Shown: positions 55,704 to 63,645 of the stretch, one piece after another
Numbering within the stretch: the stretch's first letter is position 1
How the letters are laid out: each line of letters begins with the position of its first letter
DNA from: Candidatus Uhrbacteria bacterium CG10_big_fil_rev_8_21_14_0_10_48_16
Lineage (GTDB): Bacteria > Patescibacteriota > Patescibacteriia > UBA9934 > GWF2-40-263
NCBI GenBank assembly: GCA_002793515.1
Contig: PFEU01000008.1
Location: forward strand, 6,824-70,823
Length of the DNA: 64,000 nucleotides
Direction: 5' to 3'
The notes under the pieces: generated by a model
The model's input: the letters and a program-made list of their open reading frames with translations, nothing else
What the model was told of the DNA's origin: nothing
Databases searched by the model: none
Position numbers and translations under genes: made by a program

Positions 55704-56528
55704 ATGTCTATCAGCGTAATCATGTCCGTCTATAATGGCGAACGGTTTCTCCGTGACGCTGTGTTAAGTGTGCTCGATCAAACCTTTCACGATATTGAAT
55801 TGCTTGTCATCGATGATGCTTCAACGGATGGAACACTCCACCTCCTCGAGGAACTCGCCTCACGTGACTCCCGCATCCGCATCCTCACCAACTCGACGAA
55901 CCTGGGACTTACTAAGTCACTCAACCGTGCCCTTATGCACGCTCAAGGAGAGTTTATCGCCCGGCTGGACGCTGACGACATCGCCTTCCCTTCCCGACTC
56001 GAGAAACAACTCGCCTTCCTTGCCTCACATCCTGACATCGACATCGTGGGTACCGCCTACGAGTGGATCGACGAGCACGGCAACGTCATCGGTCGCCCAA
56101 ACGTCATCACCGACCCAGACGACATCCACCGGACGTTCCCACGCACCAACCCGCTCCTTCACAGCTCAGTCCTGATGCGCAGACACCTCCTTGATTCCAC
56201 AGGAGGATACGATGCGTCCTACAAAAAAGCCCAGGACTACGCGCTGTGGTTAAGACTTGCCCCCACCCACCGATTTGCAAATCTCCCTGAGATTCTCACA
56301 CAAAAACGTCTCAGCAAAGACATGCTCTCCTATGCGAGTGAGCGAAGTCAGCTTCGGTTCGCCGTCCGAGCACGCTATGAGGCACTTAGGCGCGGAGACT
56401 ACCCAATGTGGTATTTTATCTACATCTTGAAGCCGTTCATCGCCTCCATCCTTCCACGTGCTGTTGTTCGATGGATTCGGATTCACCTCTTTCATCAACG
56501 TCAGTATGAGCATCCAACCCTTCGATAA
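55704..56528 (+). CDS. Glycosyltransferase family 2
   Basis: MSISVIMSVYNGERFLRDAVLSVLDQTFHDIELLVIDDASTDGT…ARLDADDIAFPSRL is a classic GT-A/DxD signature. Confidence 0.85.
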   Translation: MSISVIMSVYNGERFLRDAVLSVLDQTFHDIELLVIDDASTDGTLHLLEELASRDSRIRILTNSTNLGLTKSLNRALMHAQGEFIARLDADDIAFPSRLEKQLAFLASHPDIDIVGTAYEWIDEHGNVIGRPNVITDPDDIHRTFPRTNPLLHSSVLMRRHLLDSTGGYDASYKKAQDYALWLRLAPTHRFANLPEILTQKRLSKDMLSYASERSQLRFAVRARYEALRRGDYPMWYFIYILKPFIASILPRAVVRWIRIHLFHQRQYEHPTLR

Positions 56529-58428
56529 GTATCTCACACGTGCATTGGGTCTCTTTGTGTTTCTTGCATTTCTCAGTCCCGTTTTTTTCTGGCCAACATT
56601 CTATGCTCCCTTCTCAAGTCTGACGCTGATCAGCTTTTTCTTTTGTGTAGAGATTGCTCTCCCATGCTATCTCCTTCTTTTGTCCCAGAAAAAACATCCC
56701 TTCGATGCATTTCATCACCCCGTCATTCGTGCAATCGCCCTTCTCATGCTTGTCATGATCCTTTCTTCCTTTGTTGGAGTAGACCCATTGAATAGTTTTC
56801 TTGGGACCATTGATCGTCCCGTGAGTGTTCTTGTCTACATCCACGGATTCCTTCTTCTTCTCTATACGCTTGAACTGTTCTCACGCGATGGGCGATGGAA
56901 AACACGGATCTCTCTTCTTATCATAAGCATAGCATCCGTCATCGCCTTGTACACCTTCGGAGAAGGGTGGCTATGGCCCACGTTTGTAACGTTTGAAGGG
57001 CGTACCGCAAGTCTCCTTGGAAGCCCGAATTATCTTGCGAGCTTCCTGATTCTCCCCACATTTTTGTCTATCGCCTATGCGTCAAACGTACACAAAAAAA
57101 TGCGACCCATTTTTTGGATGCTTGCCTTGAGCATGGTGATCGCCATCGTCTTATCAGGGACGCGTGGTGCCCTGCTTGGACTCATCGTAGGAGCTCTTAT
57201 CTTGGTAACCCCCTCTAGCTCCCCCTTAAAAAGGGGGAGGACCGGAGGTCTTGGCACCCGTGTCTCTAAAAGAATGCTCCTGGCGGGTCTGCTGACATTC
57301 CTCGGAGTGTTTCTGGTGTTCAGTGTGACGAATGTAAACTCGCTCATGGAACGCTTCACACAAACAACAGATGCAAATAGTTCTATGCGTCTCGTCTACT
57401 GGAACATGGCCGTTGAAGGCTGGAAGGAACACTCATTTCTTGGAGTCGGACCAGGAAATTTCTATACCATCGCAGACCCAGCGTTTACTCCCGATCTCTA
57501 TCAGCACACACACGCCTGGCCAGATAGCCCTCACAGCACCTTGTTCGAACGCCTCTCAACAACAGGACTTTTTGGACTATTTGCATGGTTCCTATTCCTC
57601 TTTTTCCTCATGCGCGCCCTGTGGCAACATCGTACACAGCCTGCCAACATCGCTCTTCTTGCGGGTATCATCGCGTACCTCGTTCAGGGATTATTCTTCT
57701 TCGACGGGATAAGTGATTTCATTCTGTTTCTCTTCGTCATTGCATGGACCTGTACATCCACCCCCTCAACCACCCATCAGGAACACCGATCTCCCTCTTT
57801 CCTCCTGGGAGGCGCTGGAGGGGTTCTTGCTCTCACAGGAATCTTCTTTCTCATCCTCCCCTTGCGCACAGAAGTTGCTCTGGCAGGAAAACAGCTTCTC
57901 CCTCAACAACAGATCATCATCGACGACCTGCTCATTTCTCAAACCGCTTTTGAACGTGCCACAACCTTGAACACGACACAGGACCCCGCTCACGTTCAGG
58001 AAGCCATAGACCTCTATGTCGAGAGTCTCGATCGTCACCCTCTCCGACAACAAGCCTGGAATGACCTCGCTTGGCTTTACTACATTCAAGCGTTCCTCCA
58101 ACAGACCATCGTGAGTGAAGAAGGAATCCTTTCGGCACAAAGAGCGATCCAACTTGCTCCCGGACGAATAGAAGCCACATCAACCCTTACGCAAATGCTC
58201 TTGCACACAGCTACCATTGCCTCAGAACAACAGCAGTACCCTCTCCTCATTGAGACTTACCTCTCGCTCATTGAACTTCAGCCGACGACGTATTCCTACC
58301 TTGCAAATCTTGCGACAAGTTACGCTCTTAATGGACAGATCGAAGAAGCGATCACAACAGCCAATACCCTAAAGCACCTTGACCCCCAGAGCACAGAATC
58401 CGTAAATGCCTTTTTAGAGAGCTTGTAA
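56506..58428 (+). CDS. Wzy_C (O-antigen ligase/polymerase-like) membrane protein fused to C-terminal TPR repeats
   Basis: About 11 TM helices; Wzy_C core LSGTRGALLGLIVGALILV. The C-terminal 200 aa are helical TPR-like (…WNDLAWLYYIQAF…LANLATSYALNGQIEEAI…). The ORF-track start at 56458 is GTG; the ATG is at 56506. Confidence 0.7.
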   Translation: MSIQPFDKYLTRALGLFVFLAFLSPVFFWPTFYAPFSSLTLISFFFCVEIALPCYLLLLSQKKHPFDAFHHPVIRAIALLMLVMILSSFVGVDPLNSFLGTIDRPVSVLVYIHGFLLLLYTLELFSRDGRWKTRISLLIISIASVIALYTFGEGWLWPTFVTFEGRTASLLGSPNYLASFLILPTFLSIAYASNVHKKMRPIFWMLALSMVIAIVLSGTRGALLGLIVGALILVTPSSSPLKRGRTGGLGTRVSKRMLLAGLLTFLGVFLVFSVTNVNSLMERFTQTTDANSSMRLVYWNMAVEGWKEHSFLGVGPGNFYTIADPAFTPDLYQHTHAWPDSPHSTLFERLSTTGLFGLFAWFLFLFFLMRALWQHRTQPANIALLAGIIAYLVQGLFFFDGISDFILFLFVIAWTCTSTPSTTHQEHRSPSFLLGGAGGVLALTGIFFLILPLRTEVALAGKQLLPQQQIIIDDLLISQTAFERATTLNTTQDPAHVQEAIDLYVESLDRHPLRQQAWNDLAWLYYIQAFLQQTIVSEEGILSAQRAIQLAPGRIEATSTLTQMLLHTATIASEQQQYPLLIETYLSLIELQPTTYSYLANLATSYALNGQIEEAITTANTLKHLDPQSTESVNAFLESL

Positions 58429-58429
58429 T

Positions 58430-59533
58430 ATGCGCATCTTTTTCTTCATCACAAAATCTGAACAAGGCGGAGCGCAAACACATGTCGCTCAACTCGCACG
58501 ATTTTTTATCTCACGTAACGATGACGTGATGATCATGAGCGCTCCAGGAGGATGGCTTGAAAAAGAAGCTCAAAAGATGGGAGCTTCTTTTGCGCCAAAT
58601 GCGTTTCTTGGAAATTCCGCAAATCCCCTACGGCTTGTTCGAGCCACACAACGCCTCTCTCAGGCCCTGAAAAGCTTTCGCCCTGATCTTGTCACGTGTC
58701 ACAGCACCGTCGCCGGACTCATCGGAAGGTTCTTCATCCGCAACCGCATCCCAACGATTTTTACCGCTCATGGGTGGGGCTTCACACAAGGAGCTCCGTG
58801 GCTCAGACGACGTCTCCTTCCTTTTCTCGAACGTCTCGCCGGTCGTTTTTCCTCCCAGATTATTTGTGTTTCGCACAATGACCTAGATCTTGCTCAACGT
58901 CAGCACATCGCCCCAAACAACACCCTCACTCTCATTCACAATGGGGTTGAGCTCCAAGCAGAGTCTCTCAAAAAACCTTCAGACGTCGTACACATCTTTT
59001 TCGTCGGACGATTAGCTCCTCCCAAAATTCCATCTCTCCTTCTAACCGCATTCTCACAGCTTGACCCTGAACTTCAACACCGCACACACATCACCATCAT
59101 CGGAAATGGACCTGACACACATCAACTTGCGTTAGACATTCAGTCGCACAACTTGAGCGGTTTCGTTGAACTGGCTGGAGCTCTGCCTCACGACCAAGTC
59201 CTCGAACGCCTCAAAGCGGAAGCGGATCTCTTTGTCTTGTTATCAAATTGGGAAGGGTTCCCCTATTCGATCTTAGAAGCGATGAGCGCAGGTGTTCCGG
59301 TGATTGCTTCTCGTGTTGGTGGCATTCCAGAAGCCCTCGCCTACGGAGGAGGAATCCTTATCGATAATCATGATCCCGATCAGATCACACGTGCGCTTGC
59401 ACAACTCATTCACGATCCATCCCTGCGGAGCTCGATGGGGATCACCGCACAACAATCGGTGCACGATCACTTTTCTCTTGAACAGATGTGTCAGCAAACA
59501 CTCGCGGTGTATCACAAGACTCTGTTACAATAG
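58430..59533 (+). CDS. Glycosyltransferase family 4
   Basis: LSNWEGFPYSILEAMSAGVPVIASRVGGIPEAL…GGILIDNHDP is the GT4 E-x7-E region. N-terminal MRIFFFITKSEQGGAQTHV. Confidence 0.85.
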   Translation: MRIFFFITKSEQGGAQTHVAQLARFFISRNDDVMIMSAPGGWLEKEAQKMGASFAPNAFLGNSANPLRLVRATQRLSQALKSFRPDLVTCHSTVAGLIGRFFIRNRIPTIFTAHGWGFTQGAPWLRRRLLPFLERLAGRFSSQIICVSHNDLDLAQRQHIAPNNTLTLIHNGVELQAESLKKPSDVVHIFFVGRLAPPKIPSLLLTAFSQLDPELQHRTHITIIGNGPDTHQLALDIQSHNLSGFVELAGALPHDQVLERLKAEADLFVLLSNWEGFPYSILEAMSAGVPVIASRVGGIPEALAYGGGILIDNHDPDQITRALAQLIHDPSLRSSMGITAQQSVHDHFSLEQMCQQTLAVYHKTLLQ

Positions 59534-59539
59534 CTCCAT

Positions 59540-60898
59540 ATGGAATCTGAGTCCGCTCGAATCAGAGCACAACTTACTTCGCAGAACGCTCTTTCATTTA
59601 TCGATGAATTTCTCTTCGCTTTTCCAAACGCCAATCTGTATCTTGTAGGGGGAGCGATCCGTGATGCTCTTCTGTCTCGAACCATGCATGAACGGGACTA
59701 CGATTTTGTTGTCACCCATCTTTCTCCTTCCCACCTCGAAGCTTGGTTCCAAACAAAAGGAGAGCTCCATCTCGTTGGTCAACATTTTGGCGTGTATAAA
59801 TTCATGCCAACTGGATTTACGTCAAAAGACATCTCCTTTATCGACATTGCCCTCCCAAGAACTGAACGTGTCGCTGAGGGAAGTCTTGGAGGCTATCGCG
59901 ATTTTGATGTCCAATCTGATCCAACCCTCCCGATTGAAACAGATCTTGCTAGGCGAGACTTTACCATCAACGCCATGGCGCTTGATCTACGCCACAACAT
60001 GCTCATCGACCCACATAACGGACACGTAGACCTCTCCCACAAGCTCCTGAAGGCCGTTGGTCAGCCTGAAGAACGGTTCGCAGAAGATCTTACCCGCATC
60101 CTTCGTGGGATCAGATTCGCTTCGGAACTTGGGTTCGACATTGAGCCAGAAACAGCACGTGCGATGAACACACTGATTGAGGAAATACATAGAATGCGCG
60201 AAGTCGGAGAGAAGTTTGAGTACGTGGTCCCAAGAGAGGTTATTGGTGAAGAAATCGCGAAAGCCCTTTCTCGCAACCCTGTTCAAGCTGTTCAAAAGCT
60301 CATCGAGCATCGCGTCATTGAAATTCTCTTTCCAAGTGTCCACTCCATCCTCCAGAAAAACCCTACCTACCTCCAGCCCCTTTCCCAGATCGTTCCTGGA
60401 GAACTTCCTCTTGCGCTTACCCTTCTCTTCAGAGAGCTTTCTCCGGAACAGGTGCGAGAGGCTTTCGACTTTTCAGGACTCAATACTCTTCCAAGAGGAT
60501 CGTCCTATCGCACAGAGCAGGAACAGATCCTTTGGCTCATCAGCGTCCTCCAATTGTCTCTCACGCCTGAGGCTATTCAAACCATGCGCGCCTCCCTATT
60601 TGAAAAACGCTTTTTCAATGGCAAAGGGATGATGTTGATACGTTGTCTTGAAATCTTGAAAGAAAAAGAACTCGCCCAAGCCGTAAAAAATCGTCGAAGA
60701 GAAATTGAAGCGCGTTGGCTCGTCGACCATGACGAATCGATCGCTCCGCTTCTATCAGGTCAGGACATTCTTTCTCAAGGAATTCCCCCTGGACCAGAAG
60801 TGCGTCTCTTGCTTGATCACGTCCGTGATCTTCAGCTCGATGGCAAACTCATGCGACGTGAAGAAGCTCTTCGTTGGTTAAAAGAAAAACAGGTGTAA
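59540..60898 (+). CDS. cca: CCA-adding tRNA nucleotidyltransferase / poly(A) polymerase family protein
   Basis: Head domain LYLVGGAIRDALLSRTMHERDYDFVV…RDFTINAMA…, with neck and body helical domains. Confidence 0.8.
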   Translation: MESESARIRAQLTSQNALSFIDEFLFAFPNANLYLVGGAIRDALLSRTMHERDYDFVVTHLSPSHLEAWFQTKGELHLVGQHFGVYKFMPTGFTSKDISFIDIALPRTERVAEGSLGGYRDFDVQSDPTLPIETDLARRDFTINAMALDLRHNMLIDPHNGHVDLSHKLLKAVGQPEERFAEDLTRILRGIRFASELGFDIEPETARAMNTLIEEIHRMREVGEKFEYVVPREVIGEEIAKALSRNPVQAVQKLIEHRVIEILFPSVHSILQKNPTYLQPLSQIVPGELPLALTLLFRELSPEQVREAFDFSGLNTLPRGSSYRTEQEQILWLISVLQLSLTPEAIQTMRASLFEKRFFNGKGMMLIRCLEILKEKELAQAVKNRRREIEARWLVDHDESIAPLLSGQDILSQGIPPGPEVRLLLDHVRDLQLDGKLMRREEALRWLKEKQV

Positions 60899-60931
60899 TA
60901 AAAATCCCCCAATGACTTGGGGGATTTTTAT
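60899..60931. terminator. Bidirectional rho-independent terminator
   Basis: aAAAATCCCCCAAtgacTTGGGGGATTTTtat is a perfect 13-bp stem with A/T tracts on both sides, 2 nt after the cca stop. Confidence 0.65.
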
Positions 60932-60934
60932 ACA

Positions 60935-61079
60935 ACGGAACTGATCTCCTGGTTACGATGCGGGCCAGCTAAGCTGGCTCACCTTCGCTTCCATGCTTCG
61001 GTTGAATCTCGGCAAAGCTGAGCTTTGCCTTCTGCATATTCAACCCCTTGCCTGCCGGCAGGCAGGGAGCTCAGCTCGG
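60935..61079 (-). ncRNA. Unassigned GC-rich structured element (candidate small RNA, tRNA 3' trailer or structured repeat) between tRNA-Val(GAC) and the terminator
   Basis: About 145 nt with much higher GC than the surroundings and nested perfect stems: GGTTGAAT…ATTCAACC (8 bp) enclosing GGCAAAG-ctgag-CTTTGCC (7 bp); CCAGC-taa-GCTGG; and the palindrome CCTGCCGGCAGG. No ORF. The nearest plus-strand gene starts about 1 kb downstream (62046), so a cis-regulatory leader role is unlikely. Strand is assumed from the co-oriented tRNA. Confidence 0.3.
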
Positions 61080-61156
61080 TGGTGGGCGACACAAGATTCG
61101 AACTTGTGACCTCCACAATGTCAATGTGGCGCTCTAACCAACTGAGCTAGCCGCCC
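61080..61156 (-). tRNA. tRNA-Val (anticodon GAC)
   Basis: Revcomp reads GGGCGGCtaGCTCagttggttaGAGCgCCACAttgacatTGTGGaggtcACAAGttcgaatCTTGTGTCGCCCacca. Anticodon loop TTGACAT gives GAC. Confidence 0.9.
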
Positions 61157-61215
61157 AGGCTAACGCTCTCGAAAGAACAGCAGAAGTGTACGAAATTACT
61201 TGCTCTTCGTCAATA

Positions 61216-61680
61216 TTAAAAGAAACGACTATTTGATGAAGTATCTGACCCACCTTTGTATTGCGAAATACCTTCTTCTGGTTGATCCTCAGGATCGAGA
61301 ATGATCCAAGGTTTTGTTTTGCTTTTTGAGATTGCCATAATAAGAAATCCCCCGATCGTGAGAAGGACGGCTCCCAATAAAAAGGTCCCAAATATTCCAG
61401 CAAACCCACATCCAAATACGGCGGTCACCATCTCGGCATTTCCACTCGCCTGACCAAGACAATCACGCACCGCGAGCTCTGATTGACGCATGCCAACATA
61501 AGCCGTCCCAATTCCCAACACGAGAGAAAGGAGACTAAAGAGACAACTGAATCGAACTTTTCGAAGTCGCCCAAGTTTCATGACCGTCACAACCGCAAAG
61601 AAGACACCTCCTAGAATCCAATAGAGCAAGAACCAGAGAATGGAAAGCAGAATCAAAAAGGACATCATTTCAGCATCCAT
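61216..61680 (-). CDS. Hypothetical membrane protein (154 aa, 4 TM)
   Basis: ATG-initiated, strongly hydrophobic (FLILLSILWFLLYWILGGVFFAVV…), with an acidic C-terminal tail. Confidence 0.45.
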   Translation of the reverse strand: MDAEMMSFLILLSILWFLLYWILGGVFFAVVTVMKLGRLRKVRFSCLFSLLSLVLGIGTAYVGMRQSELAVRDCLGQASGNAEMVTAVFGCGFAGIFGTFLLGAVLLTIGGFLIMAISKSKTKPWIILDPEDQPEEGISQYKGGSDTSSNSRFF

Positions 61681-61682
61681 AT

Positions 61683-61853
61683 CTAGAATATTGTCAGTGT
61701 ATAAAACAGTCCAAAAAAGAAAATCATAATAACCGCCGCAATGATGAGAGCCATGACTCCGACGATCCCCTCCTTATCTTCTTCACGAATGGCTTTACGC
61801 AAAAAGAAGATTCCAATTCCGAGTAAGACAATTCCGAGAAATAAAAATGGCAT
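61683..61853 (-). CDS. Small predicted membrane protein (56 aa, 2 TM), absent from the ORF track
   Basis: The ATG at 61853 (minus) translates to MPFLFLGIVLLGIGIFFLRKAIREEDKEGIVGVMALIIAAVIMIFFFGLFYTLTIF*. It ends 2 nt before the 154-aa ORF start, an operon-like arrangement. Confidence 0.35.
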   Translation of the reverse strand: MPFLFLGIVLLGIGIFFLRKAIREEDKEGIVGVMALIIAAVIMIFFFGLFYTLTIF

Positions 61854-61860
61854 AGTGTTC

Positions 61861-61937
61861 TGGTGGGGGTGGATGGACTCGAACCATCGGCCACCAAGGT
61901 ATAAGCTTGGTGCTCTAACCAGCTGAGCTACACCCCC
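61861..61937 (-). tRNA. tRNA-Ile with anticodon TAT (UAU), the AUA-reading type
   Basis: Revcomp reads GGGGGTGtaGCTCagctggttaGAGCaCCAAGcttatacCTTGGtggccGATGGttcgagtCCATCCACCCCCacca. 7-bp acceptor stem, anticodon loop CTTATAC, CCA encoded. The overlapping plus-strand ORF 61741..61926 is spurious. Confidence 0.8.
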
Positions 61938-62045
61938 ATCTGTTTATTCATTTCAAGCTCACTCTAGTATACCACTCAGAAATTTTAAAGGGTGAGAAGT
62001 TGCTCTTAGGTGGATTTTTGTTATACTTTAGCCAAATTATTATAT

Positions 62046-62972
62046 ATGCCTACCATCGAAATCACCGAAGAAGATGCCGGAGTACGTTTAGACCTCTTTC
62101 TGTCCAAAATCATTGATATTTCAAGATCTAAGATTCAAAAGCTTATTAAAGAAGAATCAGTCACGATCAACGATAAACCAGCAAAAACAAAGACGCTCCT
62201 TGAACCAGGCGACCGTGTCACCTATTCTGAGCCTGACCGAACCCCCTTTGAAAAGACGGAAGAACCCCCCGTTCTAGATGTTATCTACGAGGATGATGAT
62301 CTTTTTGTGATTCATAAACCTGCCGGACTTCTTGTGCATGAAGCCATGAAGGATGAACATCGAACGACGGTTGTCGATGGTGTCCTTGCACGCTATCCTC
62401 AGATAAAAGAAATCGGCGATGATCCAAAGCGCCCTGGAATCGTTCATCGACTCGACAAAGATGTCTCCGGTCTGATGGTCATTGCAAAAACGCAAGAAGC
62501 ATTTGAATTCCTCAAACAACAATTCAAAGATCGCACCATCAAGAAAGAATATCTCGCTCTTGTCTATGGAATCCTTCCGAAGGAAACGGATATTATCACC
62601 TTGAACATTGAACGGTCTAAGAACAAAGGGCGAATGGTTGCCCGAACAGGAGAACAAACGGGCAAAGAAGCACGAACGGAATATGATGTTCTCAGACGCT
62701 TTGCGACCGCCACCTTTATCCAGGTGAAAATCTTTACCGGACGCACGCATCAGATTCGCGTACATTTCCAAGCGATCGGATACCCAATCGTCGGAGACAA
62801 ACTCTATAAAGTAAAAAACATGAAGTTCCGAGATATTCCAATGGACCGACTGTTTCTTCATGCCTACAAACTCGGAATCACCCTCATGGATGGAACTCAG
62901 AAAAGCTTCATGGCTCCCCTCCCAAAAAATCTTGAAGACCTTTTGGAAACACTCCCAGTAAACTCTCAGTAA
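62046..62972 (+). CDS. RluA/RluD-family 23S rRNA pseudouridine synthase
   Basis: N-terminal S4 domain (RLDLFLSKIIDISRSKIQKLIKE) and catalytic HRLDKDVSGLMVIAKT. The ORF-track start at 62010 is GTG; the ATG is at 62046. Confidence 0.9.
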   Translation: MPTIEITEEDAGVRLDLFLSKIIDISRSKIQKLIKEESVTINDKPAKTKTLLEPGDRVTYSEPDRTPFEKTEEPPVLDVIYEDDDLFVIHKPAGLLVHEAMKDEHRTTVVDGVLARYPQIKEIGDDPKRPGIVHRLDKDVSGLMVIAKTQEAFEFLKQQFKDRTIKKEYLALVYGILPKETDIITLNIERSKNKGRMVARTGEQTGKEARTEYDVLRRFATATFIQVKIFTGRTHQIRVHFQAIGYPIVGDKLYKVKNMKFRDIPMDRLFLHAYKLGITLMDGTQKSFMAPLPKNLEDLLETLPVNSQ

Positions 62973-62979
62973 AGACCGT

Positions 62980-63549
62980 ATGAACAAAACGCTCTACATC
63001 ATCACAGGGCCAAGCGGTGTTGGGAAATCAACCGTTGCACAAGAACTCCTTAAGCGTAGACCCACCCTAAAAAAGGTTGTCACCTGCACCACGCGAAAAA
63101 TGCGTGAAGGGGAAACGGACGGTGTCTCCTATCACTTTTTAGATCGAAAAACATTCCAGTCTCTGATTGCAGAAAAGGCACTTTTTGAATGGGATGAGCA
63201 TTACGACAACTTCTACGGGATTCGCAACGCAGATGTTACACAGCTCATGGAAGAAGGAAGCGATGTGCTCTTCGTGGTGGATATTGCTGGTGCCAAAACC
63301 ATTAAGGAATCTCACCCTGAAGCCGTTCTCTTTTTTATCGAACCAGAGACAACAGACCAACTGCTTCAGAGAATCGAGAAACGAGACCAAGGCACAACGA
63401 CCGGCCTGGAGGAAAGAAAAGCCTCCATACATCGGGAAATGGCCTTTGCTGAGCTTGCAGATCATCGAGTCATGAATAAGGAAGGAAAATTAGATGAAAC
63501 CGTTGAGAACATTCATAAGATCATGGGAAGTCTTGACGAAACACGATGA
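62980..63549 (+). CDS. gmk: Guanylate kinase
   Basis: LYIITGPSGVGKSTV P-loop, and a …TTRKMREGETDGVSYHFL… GMP-binding region. Confidence 0.9.
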   Translation: MNKTLYIITGPSGVGKSTVAQELLKRRPTLKKVVTCTTRKMREGETDGVSYHFLDRKTFQSLIAEKALFEWDEHYDNFYGIRNADVTQLMEEGSDVLFVVDIAGAKTIKESHPEAVLFFIEPETTDQLLQRIEKRDQGTTTGLEERKASIHREMAFAELADHRVMNKEGKLDETVENIHKIMGSLDETR

Positions 63550-63645
63550 AAAAGCTATTATCTGGCCACATTTATCAGCCGATCAATGAACACTGATTCT
63601 TATAAAAGGATGTGGTCCACTTGTCAGGCGCTGTAAGAAATACCT

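Noticed and set aside
61134-61415. 93-aa minus-strand ORF
   Set aside because: Its 5' part overlaps tRNA-Val(GAC). The remainder is the tRNA-to-ORF intergenic spacer with no coding signal.
61741-61926. 61-aa plus-strand ORF
   Set aside because: Overlaps the tRNA-Ile(UAU) gene on the opposite strand almost completely, so it is spurious.
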